A DNA stretch of 63,945 nt, filler included, from Conidiobolus incongruus B7586 (lineage: Eukaryota): NCBI GenBank assembly GCA_000697335.1. It is 8 parts of 8 records of this genome, joined end to end, with 100 filler letters (N's around TTAATTAATTAA, not from the genome) between each part and the next. Parts side by side here need not be neighbours in the genome. Positions count along the whole stretch, not along the records: positions 10,179 to 28,252 come from JNEM01006684.1; positions 28,353 to 41,230 come from JNEM01006685.1; 6 more parts are not named here. One strand, given 5' to 3'. The notes under the pieces are model-generated. The model saw only the letters and a program-made list of their open reading frames with translations. It was not told the DNA's origin and made no database searches. A program made the position numbers and the translations under genes. Positions 25,372-38,172 of this stretch are shown one piece after another. Positions within the stretch are counted from its first letter, which is position 1. The number at the start of each line of letters is the position of its first letter.

Positions 25372-27183
25372 CTTTAGATAGTTTTCAGGAATATTTATTT
25401 ATTTCTTTATATCAATATAATAAATATAATTATTTTGTAACCTTTTGCATACACCTATTCAATTTAATCCGCTAGGTGAAATATACATTTAACTGATTTA
25501 ATTAATCTTCTACAATATCCTTTATCAAAATATTAATAGATTCTCTAAATCTAGATTTAAATATATAAATGGAAAAAAATGAAAAAATTTTATGTAAAGT
25601 ACCTAAACAAGTAAATTTTTCTGAATCAACTTTATATGATTCATCAAAAAACAGCTTTTCATGAAAATTTTAGGTTATTACATTGTGGACATTGATTAAA
25701 AAATTTTGATTTAATCATCTGTTTCTTCTACTCTCTCATGAGTCCTTTTGCTACTGCAATTTTGAAATAAGTCCTTAAACAATAATGTTTATCATTTAGT
25801 CACTATTTGTGTGATTCCAGGAACTTGGATTCTATTAATAAAGTTTATGTCATCGATATCAAATTTGGAAATTGAAAAAATTGTTTTTATTCAAAACCTT
25901 CTAGAAATTCAAAGAATGTTTATGTAACACATTATCTGTGTTTAACAAATCATTATCTAATTAAAAACACTATATTATAGTTTTATCATATGCTTTATTT
26001 AAATAAATTACGGTTCTTTCATTGATTTTAATACTTGTAGTATATATGATGATAATTTCAAGTGCAATAATCGAATTCTGTTATTAGAATATTTTGTAAC
26101 TAACATCATTGAAAAAGAGAAATTTTACATTTGTCATTTTTGTCAATATATTCCTGATGGAATAAGATATCAAACTAAATATCATAGAGTGTATTATATA
26201 ATTTAGTACATATTAACCCTTTGAAAGTAATCATTAAATAATAATAGTATAAGATGTATAGAGTAATTTAAATAATCTTTTGAAAGAATTGTAAAGAAAT
26301 TTTTTTGTTCATTGAATTTGTTTTACCTGAAAGGATATTATAAAATATTCCATTTTTAAAATTAATGCATTTAAACAGATCAAAATGATTCTGATCTGAT
26401 TTCTAAATCATCAAAATAATACTCTTCAAGTTAAGTGAATTCTCACATATTGCGTGATTTAGCTTTTCACCTCATTCTAATCACCTAAGTGTTTTGGAAT
26501 TCGTATTTGATAGAATTTTTTTGATCATTAATTTATTTGTAATTTGAAATTACCTTGGATATTAAATAGGGTAAAAGTTAAGGTAAAGTTATCTATATAA
26601 AGTTTTTTCAAATATAATTTTCGAGATAACTATTTAATCCGGTTATAATTATGATGGTATTTGACAAAAATATCTTTACAGAAGACTAAATTTGTAATCA
26701 TATTAATGAATTTGATATGATTTTGATCTAATTATAATATCAATGTGATTAAATATTATTTCTTATTGAGATTAATATATTCAAAAAAATATAATAAATA
26801 ATTGTTGGGATTTGAAATACATCTTGATGGAGTTATATTTAGACCTTGTTGACTTTAATGATTGTCTTTTTTGAATAATTTTTTTGAAAATAAACTTGTA
26901 TAAAAAAACACTTGAGATGATATACTTTGAATTTTATTACTGATAATTACCTCAAAATTCAACTTATTTAATTAATATCTACCTGGATATTCATGTTAAA
27001 AACTAGTAATTTATTTTTTGAACATTAATAATTAATTCAATTTATTATTTTAAATATATTATGAATATATAAGTATAATCATTAATAAATTGTTTAATTT
27101 ATACCATATTTAATATATATAATATATATAATATTAATTCATCTATTTGAATAATTTTTCAAATCTATACATTTTTATATAAT

Positions 27184-27433
27184 TGCTATCGTAGGTGACG
27201 GTGGGATAAGTGAATGATTAACTTATGTATGTTGATGTGTATGAATGATATCTCTTTATTTAACTTTATATTAATCTATTATATACGAAGGTTATGGTGG
27301 CTTATATCGTTATGCAGTCATGTAGGCATCTGCATGCGATATCACTGTAAAGTCACGCGCGGGTAAATACGGTGGAATGGTTACAAATATACCTGCAATG
27401 GTTTAATAAAACAACTGGCCAATCACGGTAGCA
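27184..27433 (-). mobile_element. Candidate solo LTR (~250 bp)
   Basis: CpG-rich island bounded by TGCTATCGT...ACGGTAGCA (inverted repeat, one mismatch, TG...CA). The minus strand has TATATAA then AATAAA. No clean target-site duplication (ATAAT vs ATTTC). Confidence 0.5.
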
Positions 27434-28436
27434 ATTTCCTCACTTATACACAATGTCATAATTATTGAATTTTTTTATTGATATTATAAATTACTGAACT
27501 TGAAAATAAACCAATTATATTTTATCATTACATTTTAATAAATATTTTCTTATATATAATCATTGATTTGTTTTATGGTATTATCTTTGAGCTGATGTTT
27601 TCATTAAAAAATCGTGAATAAAGTGTTTAACAATAACAGAATATATGCTGATAGGGAAATTTTAACCCTTTGCCCCAAGAACTAATGTATTCTAGAAATT
27701 CCATGTTATACGCCTCCTTTTAATATGTTTGAAATATTTAAACCATTTAACTTTCTCAAATAAACACTCTCCTCTATTCTCTTAACTTGAAATTTACTCT
27801 TTCTTTTATATTTTACTAACGTTTTTAGTTGTTTGTCTAATATTTTATACCCTTTTAATCAATTTCTTCCAATAGGTGAGTTTACTCCTTTGATAATACA
27901 CATATATTGCTAAATTAAAATATATTCAATAATTTTTATAAATATTATACTTTTTTATTTATTTGTTTGAAAATAAAATAATGATGAAGGATATTATTAA
28001 ATTTTATCACAAATTATAATGATAAAATAAAATTTATATATTATTCTTGATTTAATAAGTTGATAATTATAATAAATGATTTTTTAAATTTAAATTATTA
28101 ATTCAATAAAGTTGAAATATATTAAATAAAAATAATATATATTGATCAATATATGATTTGGTAATATTCAATTTATTAAGTGGATTCAATAATATAATAT
28201 ATAAAATTTTTAAACTACTATTAAAAATTATTTGTACTAAATATAAAAATATNNNNNNNNNNNNNNNNNNNNNNNNNNNNNNNNNNNNNNNNNNNNTTAA
28301 TTAATTAANNNNNNNNNNNNNNNNNNNNNNNNNNNNNNNNNNNNNNNNNNNNTAAAATATTTTATTATTATAATATATATATATATATAATATTATACAT
28401 TAATATTAAATTTCTATTAATTAATATAGTTGATAT

Positions 28437-28834
28437 TATTAAGAGACTAGTTCTTTAAATTCTTATATATACTTTCATATAATCTAATTAACCATAAAAT
28501 ATATAATTAATTTATACTTATATAGTTAAATTAATTATAAAAATAGCATTGAATTATCTAATAAACTAGGTTTTTCTTTTTCCTCTCAATTCTTACTATT
28601 TTTTACTTTTATATTATTTCTAAGATTGAGACTATATTCTATCAATATTATAGGATATTAGCACTACCTAATATAAATCTTAATATATCAGTGACTCATC
28701 CTAGTTTGAAGCTTAATTAAACTTTGTTTACACTTGCACACTACAGCTACATTATATTATTATATTTTATATATACTACTTTTATATTAAGTCTTCCTCT
28801 ATATTATATTAGTTTAACTACCACTATACTTATA
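28437..28834 (+). repeat. 5' LTR of the decayed chromovirus
   Basis: Colinear 398-bp match to 33749-34146 (about 22 substitutions counted by eye, no indels). Terminal TG mutated to TA. Confidence 0.92.
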
Positions 28835-31800
28835 TAGTAACAGTGATAAAACTATTAAAAACCTATTAGAAATTAATAATTATCTGTATCAAACTTAATT
28901 ATTACTATTTTAAATTTTATTTATAATTTATTTTATTAAAATTTAATACTATATACTATAATGTTACTAAAAAAAATACCCTTATATTATTTTAATAATG
29001 ATAGTAGCTTAATTACTAACTAAATCTAAAACTTTAATCTTTAAAAGCTTATTACCCTTTAAAAAGCTTATATTAGATAACTTTTAATTGAAAAAAACAT
29101 GTCTCAAAGAGCTTAAATCTAACAAACCAGCTACTTTATTATAATTAATATATTAAACTACCTCTTTAATATTTTTAAAAACAAATTAACTACTTATAAT
29201 AATTTTAAAAACCTCTACAAGCTTAAAAACAACCTTAAAAATATAAAGAATTATTTTAATTTAATTTTAGATAAAGATTTAAAGAATATCATTAAATTAA
29301 CTACTTTTTTTTAGAAAAATCTATTTATATTTGGTGGTTAATTTATTATAAGTTTAATCCTAAAGAATTTTCAAAAGGATAACTTATTACAAAAATATAC
29401 ACTTTTAAACAATTAGAAAAAGCTTTTAAAAAAAGATATTACCTAAAAAATTAAGTTAAATTAACAAGAGAAAAGTTTTCCCAACTTAAATAAAAAACTT
29501 CTACAAGATAACTAATTGAGAAATTTAATGAGATATGTTTAAATATATTAAATATCACTGAAGAAAAACAAATCCACAAATTATTATAATGCTTTAACTT
29601 TCAAGTGAAGGTTTAGTTAGTTAATAAAGAATACTTTAATAATATGTTTTTTTCTAACATTTATAATATAACAATTATAATTGATAATATCCTTTACTCT
29701 ATAACTAAATCTTTCTACCCTAAAAATTAATCTTTTAAATTTTACTTTAACCTACTTAAGTTTTAAATAATAAATGTTTCTATTTTAAAGCTTCATGAAA
29801 AAATCTTTAATAAAGAAGTTAAAACCTACTTGAAAACAAACAAAGGTTGTTATTATTACTAAAAAACTTAAGTTAACTATAGAGTTAATAAATACCCTTT
29901 AAAAAAACAACATCTATCTAATTCTCAACAATTATAACCTACCAACTATAAATTAAACTTGAATAATATTAATATAACTTTAAAATCAACTTTTTTACAA
30001 TTAGTTAGCAGATTCTAATTTAATCTACAAAAGTTCTAATAAACTATTGATTCTATAAATTAAACTATATATACTAGAGAAATCCAACTGATTAAATTAT
30101 TAGAAATTAAAAATATTCTAGTAACTAATCTACCTTGTAATTTTTTACTTTTAACTATTACCCTATTGTTTGTGTTAATTAGTTTTTTTATAAAAATACT
30201 TATTAGTGTTTTAATTGATTCTAGTATTTTAGTTATATTATCTCTTTTTTTATTGTTATAAAGTTATCTTTACTTACTTAAGAAAGTAACTTAATAATTA
30301 AATATACTAACAACTTAATAGAACAAGTATCTAACATTATATTTAGATATTTATTATTATTTTTTAATTACTCTTAATATATTAAATTTTTAGTTGGTAA
30401 CATTGGTTACAATTTTATACTAGGTTAAAATTAATTTGAATATCATAGTTTTATATCTATAAATACTATTTTAATAGGTTATAAATTTATTTTTTTTTAT
30501 ATTCCAAAAGAAATTAATAGAATCAATCTTAAAAAACTTATATTACTCTATTATAAAATTATTAAATACTATACCTAACACTAACTTTACAATTGTGGTA
30601 AATAATTCTATTATTAATTATAAAAACCAATGTAAAAAACTAATTAAAAACCCTAATAATTTATAAAGATATATATTTGTTTATTATTCATTTATTAATA
30701 CTTTATTTGTTAATTTCAATGAAGTTATATTTAATAACCACTTTTTATATAATATAATAAGTTAATTTGCTAATGTTTTTAAATCTATAGATAAATTACC
30801 TCTTAAATATAATATTAAGTATAAAATTAAATTATTCCTTGGTATATAATTATACTTAAAGTTTATTTACTATTTATCTCTTAAATAATATTAAACTTTA
30901 AAAGAAGAAATTTAAAAACTACTTAAAAATAAATATATTAAACATTTTTCTTTACTATAAAAATCTTTAATCTTCTTTGTAAAAAAAATTAATAGTAGTT
31001 AGAAACTATATATTAATAACTATGTTTTAAACTTTAAAACTATCAAGGATAAAACTTTATTATTAAACCTATATGATATTAAAGATAAACTACTTAAATC
31101 AATTATATTTACTAAATTAAATGTTAAAAATAGATATTATAACATTAGAGTTGAAGAAAATTCTATCCTTTTAACTACTTTCAATACTTTTTTAAATTAC
31201 TATAAATTTACTGTTATAAACTTTAGATTATGTAATACCTTTGTAATTTTTATTTAATTTATCAATTCCTTTTTTAATCTTGTTTTTAATAACTTTATTA
31301 TTATATACTTTAATAATATCCTAATCTATTTAAAAACTAAAGAAAAATATATTTAACATGTTAATTAAATTTTACAAAATATTCAAGATTATAAATTACC
31401 TTTAAAATTAATAAAATATATATTTGGTATTTTTTCTGTTTTTTTCTATAGTTATATTGTTTCCTCTTAAAAAATTAGTATTGATTTAACTAAACTCAAT
31501 AGTGTTAAAGTTTTTACTATATTTATAAACAAAGATTAACTTATGTTTATACTTAAATTATTAAATTACTTTAAAAATTTCATTGATTTTTTTGTTGAAT
31601 TTATTATTTTTTTTATTAATCTCTTAAAGAAAAACTCTTTTTTTGAATAAACTCTACTATATACTTTCTATATAAATGCTTTAATTTTCTATATTACTAA
31701 TGTTTTTACTTTATCTATCTTTAATCTAAAACTACCTACTATTATTTTTACTAACTCTAGTTTTTTTACAATTAATAGATAATTAACTTAATTTAAATTT

Positions 31801-33748
31801 AATTTATATTTTACCTTATAACTATAAGATAAAATAATAAATAAAAGAGAATAAGTTAAGTTTAACCCTATAAATATTATTTTAAAACCAATAACATTCT
31901 AGTTAAGAAAAATAAAACCAGTTGAATTAAAATACCTAGTTTATAAATAAAAACTCTTTGCTTTTGTAGAAATAATCAAAAATCACTTATATTTCCTATC
32001 CTATAATTTTTTCTTAATACTTATAAATTATAAATCACTTATCTACTTAAATACTCAGAAGTATTTATTAAGAAAATAAATTAGATAGATTAAAACTATC
32101 TAAGCTTACCTTTTCTTTATTCAATATCTTTTAAGTTAATAAAACTATGTTGTAGATATTTTGTTAAGAAATTTTACATACCTACCCTTTTATTTTAATT
32201 ATAAAAATCCAACAAATATTAACTTAAAGATTATTAATGAAGGAAATAAAGAATTTATTAAACTACTTTAAAAAACACTACCAAATAATAATTTCTTTAT
32301 TTTAGTTAAAGAAAAACTCTTTAAACTATTAGAAAACTAATTAAAATATGTTAAAAGATTTAAAATTATCAATAACATACTATATTATAATAATTATCTA
32401 TATATTCCTAATATTCCCAAGATTTAACAAACAATATTTAATAAATGCTATAATTTACCTGTTAGAAAACATTAAAACTAGTTAAAAACTGCTGAGAGAA
32501 TTAAAACAAGGTATTACTAATTTTCCCTAGTTAAATTAATTTAGAAATACACTAATACTTGTGATATATATTAAAGAATTAAATATAATACTTAACTAAA
32601 ATATAATAAACTTATTCCTTTATAAACCCCTAATAAAATTTAACAACAAATCCAACTTAATTTCATAGAAATTCCTAAATCAATAAATAATTATAATAAT
32701 TTACTAATTGCAATTGATTTATTTTCTAAATATGTTTATTTTATTCCTTGTTTTAAAACTTCTACAGTTAAAGATATTGTACAATTGTTATTCTTTAATA
32801 TTTTTACTTACTATAAAATTCCACAAACTATTATATCTAATAAAAATATATAATTCAACTCTTAATTTTAGAAGTTATTATCTTTTTTCTTTTAAATTAA
32901 CCTAGTTATATCTACTATTAATTATCACTAAACCAATAAACTTGCTGAAAAAACTATTAAAACCTTAAAGCAAATAATTAAAACCTATATTAACATTAAT
33001 CAATTAAATTAAAATACTTATATCTACTAACTCTAATATTTATTCAACACCTTTATCAACAAATCAACAGGTTTTAGCCTTTATTTTATTAATTATAACA
33101 AACATCCTAACTTAATAATTACTCTAAAACTTTAAATCAACTTACCTTTAGACATTGTTGAATTTTAATCCAATATCAAATATATTAATTCCTTTGTTAA
33201 ATTTAACTTAGAAGAAAATTAAAGGATTATAAAACAACAATACTTAAAGTTATTTAGAAATCCTCTTAAATATAAAATTAACATGTTTGTATACTTAGAA
33301 CAATTTGTTTTTAAACCTACCCTACTTAAATCTAGCTTAAATCCTAAATATTTACTATTATATTATAGTCCCTATAAAATTTAATCTATTGATTCAAATT
33401 TTAAAAATATTACCTTGGAATTACTTCTAATTTTGAGGATTAACCTTACCTTTCACATATCTAAAATTAAACTATATTTTGAAGATTTTAATATTTTTCC
33501 TAATTGATTAAAAACTTTAAAACTAGATCTAATTATTAATTAAGATAGAGGAGAAAAATACTATGTTGATTATATAATTAAATCTAAATTTATTGGGAAT
33601 AAGCTTTATTTTTATATAAAATAGATAAGTTATCTTATTAAAAAAGTTATATAAGAACCCTTAAAAAATATTAAGAATACTTTAGCTTATTATACCTATT
33701 TGTAAAAATTTAAGGAGTATGTCTCTTTTAAAAAACCTACTAAGGGAG

Positions 33749-34146
33749 TGTTAAGAGACTAATTCTTTAAATTCTTATATATACTTTCATATAATCTAAT
33801 TAACTATAAATTATATAATTAATTTATACTTATATAATTAAATTAATTATATAAATAATATTGAATTATATAATAAACTAGGTTTTTCTTTTTCTTCTCA
33901 ATTCTTACTATTTTTTACTTTTACATTATTTTTAAGATTGAGACTATATTCTATCAATATTATAGGATATTAGCACTACCTAATATAAATCTTAATATAT
34001 CAGTGACTCATCCTAGTTTGAAGCTTAATTAAACTTTGTTTACACTTGCACACTACAGCTATATTATATTACCATGTTCTGCATACACTACTTTTATATT
34101 AAGTCTTCCTCTATACTATATTAGTTTAACTACCACTACACTTATA
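33749..34146 (+). repeat. 3' LTR of the decayed chromovirus
   Basis: Begins TGTTAAGAGAC directly after the purine tract and matches the 5' LTR. Confidence 0.92.
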
Positions 34147-36580
34147 GAATATTAGTTAATTTTAATAAATGTTTATAATAAAAATAATTAAATCTTCAGG
34201 ATATTATAGTTAAATATAAAAAATAATTTTTCTCAATAAAACTGAATAGAATAATTAATATAATGAAAAATGCTAATAAAGAAAAAATATATTAGCAATA
34301 AATAATAATAATAGAGATTTTTAAATATATTAATATTTTGATAATGTATAAAAAATTATCTGATATTACATATTTAAAAAACCTTTATTCAAATTATTTG
34401 GAGATGGATATATTTAATCTATTGCCTTTTAGAAAGTATCTTTGAATATATATATATTCATCCATTAATACTACATATAATCTAGCGTTCAATAATCACT
34501 AATAATAAGTTTTTTTCCATTTTGATTTTAAAATTATAAAATTAAATTTAATAATATAAGTATCCTAATAAAATAATCTAATTAAAAATATACTAATTCA
34601 TTGTAAATATAACATATTACTTCAAATTATAGCCTAGTCATTATATCAAAATAATTTAAAATTTTATAAAATATCCATATTTTTTTTCTAAAATTTTATT
34701 AATAAAATAATATATTTATAATCATAAACTAAAAATATTCATTTATTATACACATATAAAATTAATTCAAAAAAATGAAAATAAGGGTATTAATTTCAAA
34801 AAAATAATCAAGATTCTTATGGTAATTAGGATAAAACCTTGAATTAGAAATTACAAAATATTTCTAATATAATATTCTTTATATACCAAGAATCGATTAT
34901 ATATATTAATATTATTTAATTTAGGGCTTTAATTTGAACATAATCCAAACAAACTTTAAGGAAGGTTCATATTGAAGTGACTCTATGTGATAATATAATA
35001 CTTAAGTTTCAATATTTTTAAATTCAATCACATCAAAATATATCAATATAAAATTATTTCAAATTTCAAATATAATTAGAATTAATTATTTTATTAAATT
35101 ATTGGATAAGAAAATATGTTTTTTGAATTATATATCAAATAAATTTTTATTTTAAGGTTTGAAAATTTTGAAATTATTACGAACTTTTTGGAGAAATTTA
35201 TATTAATTAAAAAGTTCTTTGTAATATAAAAATCACTTATTGAAATAACGTAATATATTATATATACTTATTGATTTAATTGATATAAAATAATACAATC
35301 ATTTTACTACTAATAATAAATAGAATGAATTTCTAATTGAACTTCTATCTTTTTATTTCGAATATTTATTTAATTATATAAAAAGAATTAATTATCCTAA
35401 CTATTATCTAGTCAGAATGCTCAAAAATACCAATAAAAATTAAAATTCATAAAGATTTTGATAAGGGGATAATCACATTTGATAAAATAATCTGAGTAAA
35501 TACTAATATCGCTACTTTTTATAATATTTGAATATTTAAAAAGGTTATTGGTGATTAATATTATAATTAAGCAAAAACCAATATATTAATACACAATTTC
35601 TTAAATCATCAAACTTAAGATTTGGAATAAAGTTTATTAAATATTAAATCATTTGGTGATTGATATAATATGTAATCCTTAATCTCTTATAAATCTAAGA
35701 AATTACTGTAGTTTCTAAATTTAGATAGAAAGGCGAATATTAATATTAAATAAAATAATAGTAATTATAATAGTGAAATATATACCACGAATAAAGGATT
35801 TACTATTAATCAACCTCCAAGCAAATTCTTATAGATCATGTATTCATATATATGAAAGTTATTTCAAATAATCCTAATTAATAATTATTCATTTGTTGAA
35901 CGATATAAGATTTCATCTAACTATAAAAAGTTTTAGAGCTTTATTCCATTCAACAAACTGAAATACCCACTTTGCAAAAAGTCTTTCAATAGCCATTTAT
36001 TGACTGATTTATTCTTACGCTAATCTAATTTAGGAATCAGAATGGTGAATCTTTTAATTCTGAATTAATCAATTCATGTCTATCGTTAACTTTTTGCGAA
36101 TAATTAGGTTTGTTATAGTGGATAAATTATTATTGAAATAGTCAACAATATTTTGCTTGTTAAAATAACATTATACTTTGTTATTAATAATACTTATAAT
36201 TGGATTATATATTCAATATAGCACCTGGACAATATTCATAACATTTTTCCAATAACGAATAAATTTATTTTGACATGATTTCATTTAGCTCTTTACAAAA
36301 ACTTTAATATGAAATATTTCCGATGAGATCTAATATCATTTTAAAAAGCAATTGTAATTTGTAAGTTACAGTTTATAAAATCATTTTCTATAATTAGTAT
36401 AGACTTACAGCTAATCTATTTAAGAAAGTCATCAATAAACCTTAGATATTAATGGTTAAATTGATATCTTTAATATTTTAAACATATATCAACTTATTGT
36501 CGTTAACAAATTCAATCCATCTTAAACAATCTCTACAACCAATCAAATTTTACTTTCAATTCAAAATTCACAATCCTAAA

Positions 36581-36810
36581 GTGACTCACGTGGCAATTTT
36601 AACAGTGATTGGCTGCATCTTTGAATCTTGTAATTAATTCATCTGACTGATTCAGGAATGGGGATTTGTTTATGGTCAATAAAATCAACTAGGGATTGGC
36701 AGCAATTAGTTGATATTTTGTTGTTGGCTAATGGTATATAGTAAGCACACAAGTCGAACATTTATCCACATATTTTTGAAAGGCTATCCAACTTTGGCTG
36801 GCTATAAACT
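36581..36810 (+). promoter_or_regulatory. Candidate promoter of the Zn2Cys6 TF gene
   Basis: Overlapping TGACTCA (bZIP/Gcn4-type) and CACGTG (E-box) at 36582-36592, reverse CCAAT boxes GATTGGC at ~36607 and ~36694, and TATAAA at ~36803. Confidence 0.45.
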
Positions 36811-36864
36811 TTATTTATTGGTCCTCTTCTCTCTTTTGCTCTCATATTGTCTTAGAATTGTAGA

Positions 36865-38172
36865 ATGTTTTCTTTGCCTAATATTAATACAAAAAATCAA
36901 AATTATGAATCAACTCTAACTTACGTTAAAAATGAAGATGATAATTCAAAACCCTCTGGCATGAAGGATTTTGAACATTTGTTTTTGAATAATCATCAAG
37001 GACATCAATTTACCCAGGGCAAAGATACCAACTTGAATAACTCATCTCTATGGAACGAAATGGGTGACCTATTATCCAACATGGAGCTTCCATCACAAGC
37101 AATCATCGATAATTTTATGAAGGTGAACCCAGAAGGAATTGCCTCTGAAGATGATGGTGTTCCAATGGAAATGATGAATCGCAACGATATGATGGGAGGA
37201 TACACCGATAACGACGTGAATCAAGATGTATCTTCAAAAAACCAGCAAGCCTATCAAACCAAAATGAATGCTATTAAATTCAATCAAATGGCTGAGAGCT
37301 CACAGAGAGAATCTGGTAATTATCATGAGGACATACAAAATCAAATGGAAACTGGATTACTTGGGCTTAACGATGATTCTATGGGATTAATGTCCTATCC
37401 TCCTTCTCTCGTTCAGCAGCTGAGTCCTCATCAGTCCGAATTTTGCCTTAGTTCACCTCAAAATTCGATGATGCATCTGTTCCATGGCCACAACAGTCAG
37501 TCACAGAATCAGCCACCCACTCCCACCCAGATGCATCCTTCTGTTCCACATGGAGGAAACCTTGATTCTGCTCATCAAAACCTTCTTAATCAAGGGGTAA
37601 GCTTAAATGCCGCTCTTCACCATAATATGAATATGGACTTTACTCAACCTCAAATGATGAAAGCGGTCCGATCCAACGCATGGAAGTCAATGAATTATAA
37701 TCATGCTTCTGCATATCCACCAACAGACTACCCACATTTATCAACAGATCCCTACTCACTTGCATATCAAAACTATTACTACAGTCCTTATTTTGCTGCG
37801 GGATCAGGTGCACATCTCCCCTACTACCCCGAAGGGCTCGATGTAATTGAAAACCCTCATCACAATTCATTCGATTCTATCAAAGTCAAGCGCCATAAAA
37901 ATGTAGGAAGAGCCTGTATTCATTGTAAGAAAGCACATCTTGCCTGCGATGAGGCTAGACCATGTAAACGATGTGTTCATTTGGGCAAGTCTAATTGTAT
38001 TGATGTCGAGCATAAACGTAGGGGAAGACCCAAATCAGTGCAAACTAAGGCTAAAGCTGCTGCCCCTACAGCTACAACCACTCAGCCCACTTCAACAGCG
38101 CAAGTGACTCCAGCCACTAACGTAAGTGTTTCTATTCAGACACAGCATGCTACAGCCAATCCAATGATTTGA
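36865..38172 (+). CDS. Zn(II)2Cys6 transcription factor with C-terminal cluster (Rds2/Ert1/Gsm1-like spacing) and AT-hook, intronless
   Basis: ACIHCKKAHLACDEARPCKRCVHLGKSNCIDVEHKRRGRPK near the C-terminus; long Q/N/M-rich N-terminal region. Confidence 0.88.
   Translation: MFSLPNINTKNQNYESTLTYVKNEDDNSKPSGMKDFEHLFLNNHQGHQFTQGKDTNLNNSSLWNEMGDLLSNMELPSQAIIDNFMKVNPEGIASEDDGVPMEMMNRNDMMGGYTDNDVNQDVSSKNQQAYQTKMNAIKFNQMAESSQRESGNYHEDIQNQMETGLLGLNDDSMGLMSYPPSLVQQLSPHQSEFCLSSPQNSMMHLFHGHNSQSQNQPPTPTQMHPSVPHGGNLDSAHQNLLNQGVSLNAALHHNMNMDFTQPQMMKAVRSNAWKSMNYNHASAYPPTDYPHLSTDPYSLAYQNYYYSPYFAAGSGAHLPYYPEGLDVIENPHHNSFDSIKVKRHKNVGRACIHCKKAHLACDEARPCKRCVHLGKSNCIDVEHKRRGRPKSVQTKAKAAAPTATTTQPTSTAQVTPATNVSVSIQTQHATANPMI

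Larger units (their letters stand above)
28437..34146 (+). mobile_element. Full-length, mutationally destroyed Ty3/gypsy chromovirus (5.7 kb)
   Basis: 398-bp direct repeats at 28437-28834 and 33749-34146. PBS-like TAGTAACAGTG at 28835 and polypurine tract AAGGGAG before the 3' LTR. Degenerate domains lie in gypsy order: zinc knuckle (~29848), protease LIDS(G) (~30212), RT IYFNNILIY for YLDD (~31303), RNase H TNSS for TDAS (~31751), integrase IPQTIISNKN (~32818), chromodomain YIK*ISY...*EPLKNI (~33553-33675). Confidence 0.92.

Noticed and set aside
32708..32905. 65-aa ORF inside the chromovirus
   Set aside because: Off-frame reading of the decayed integrase region.
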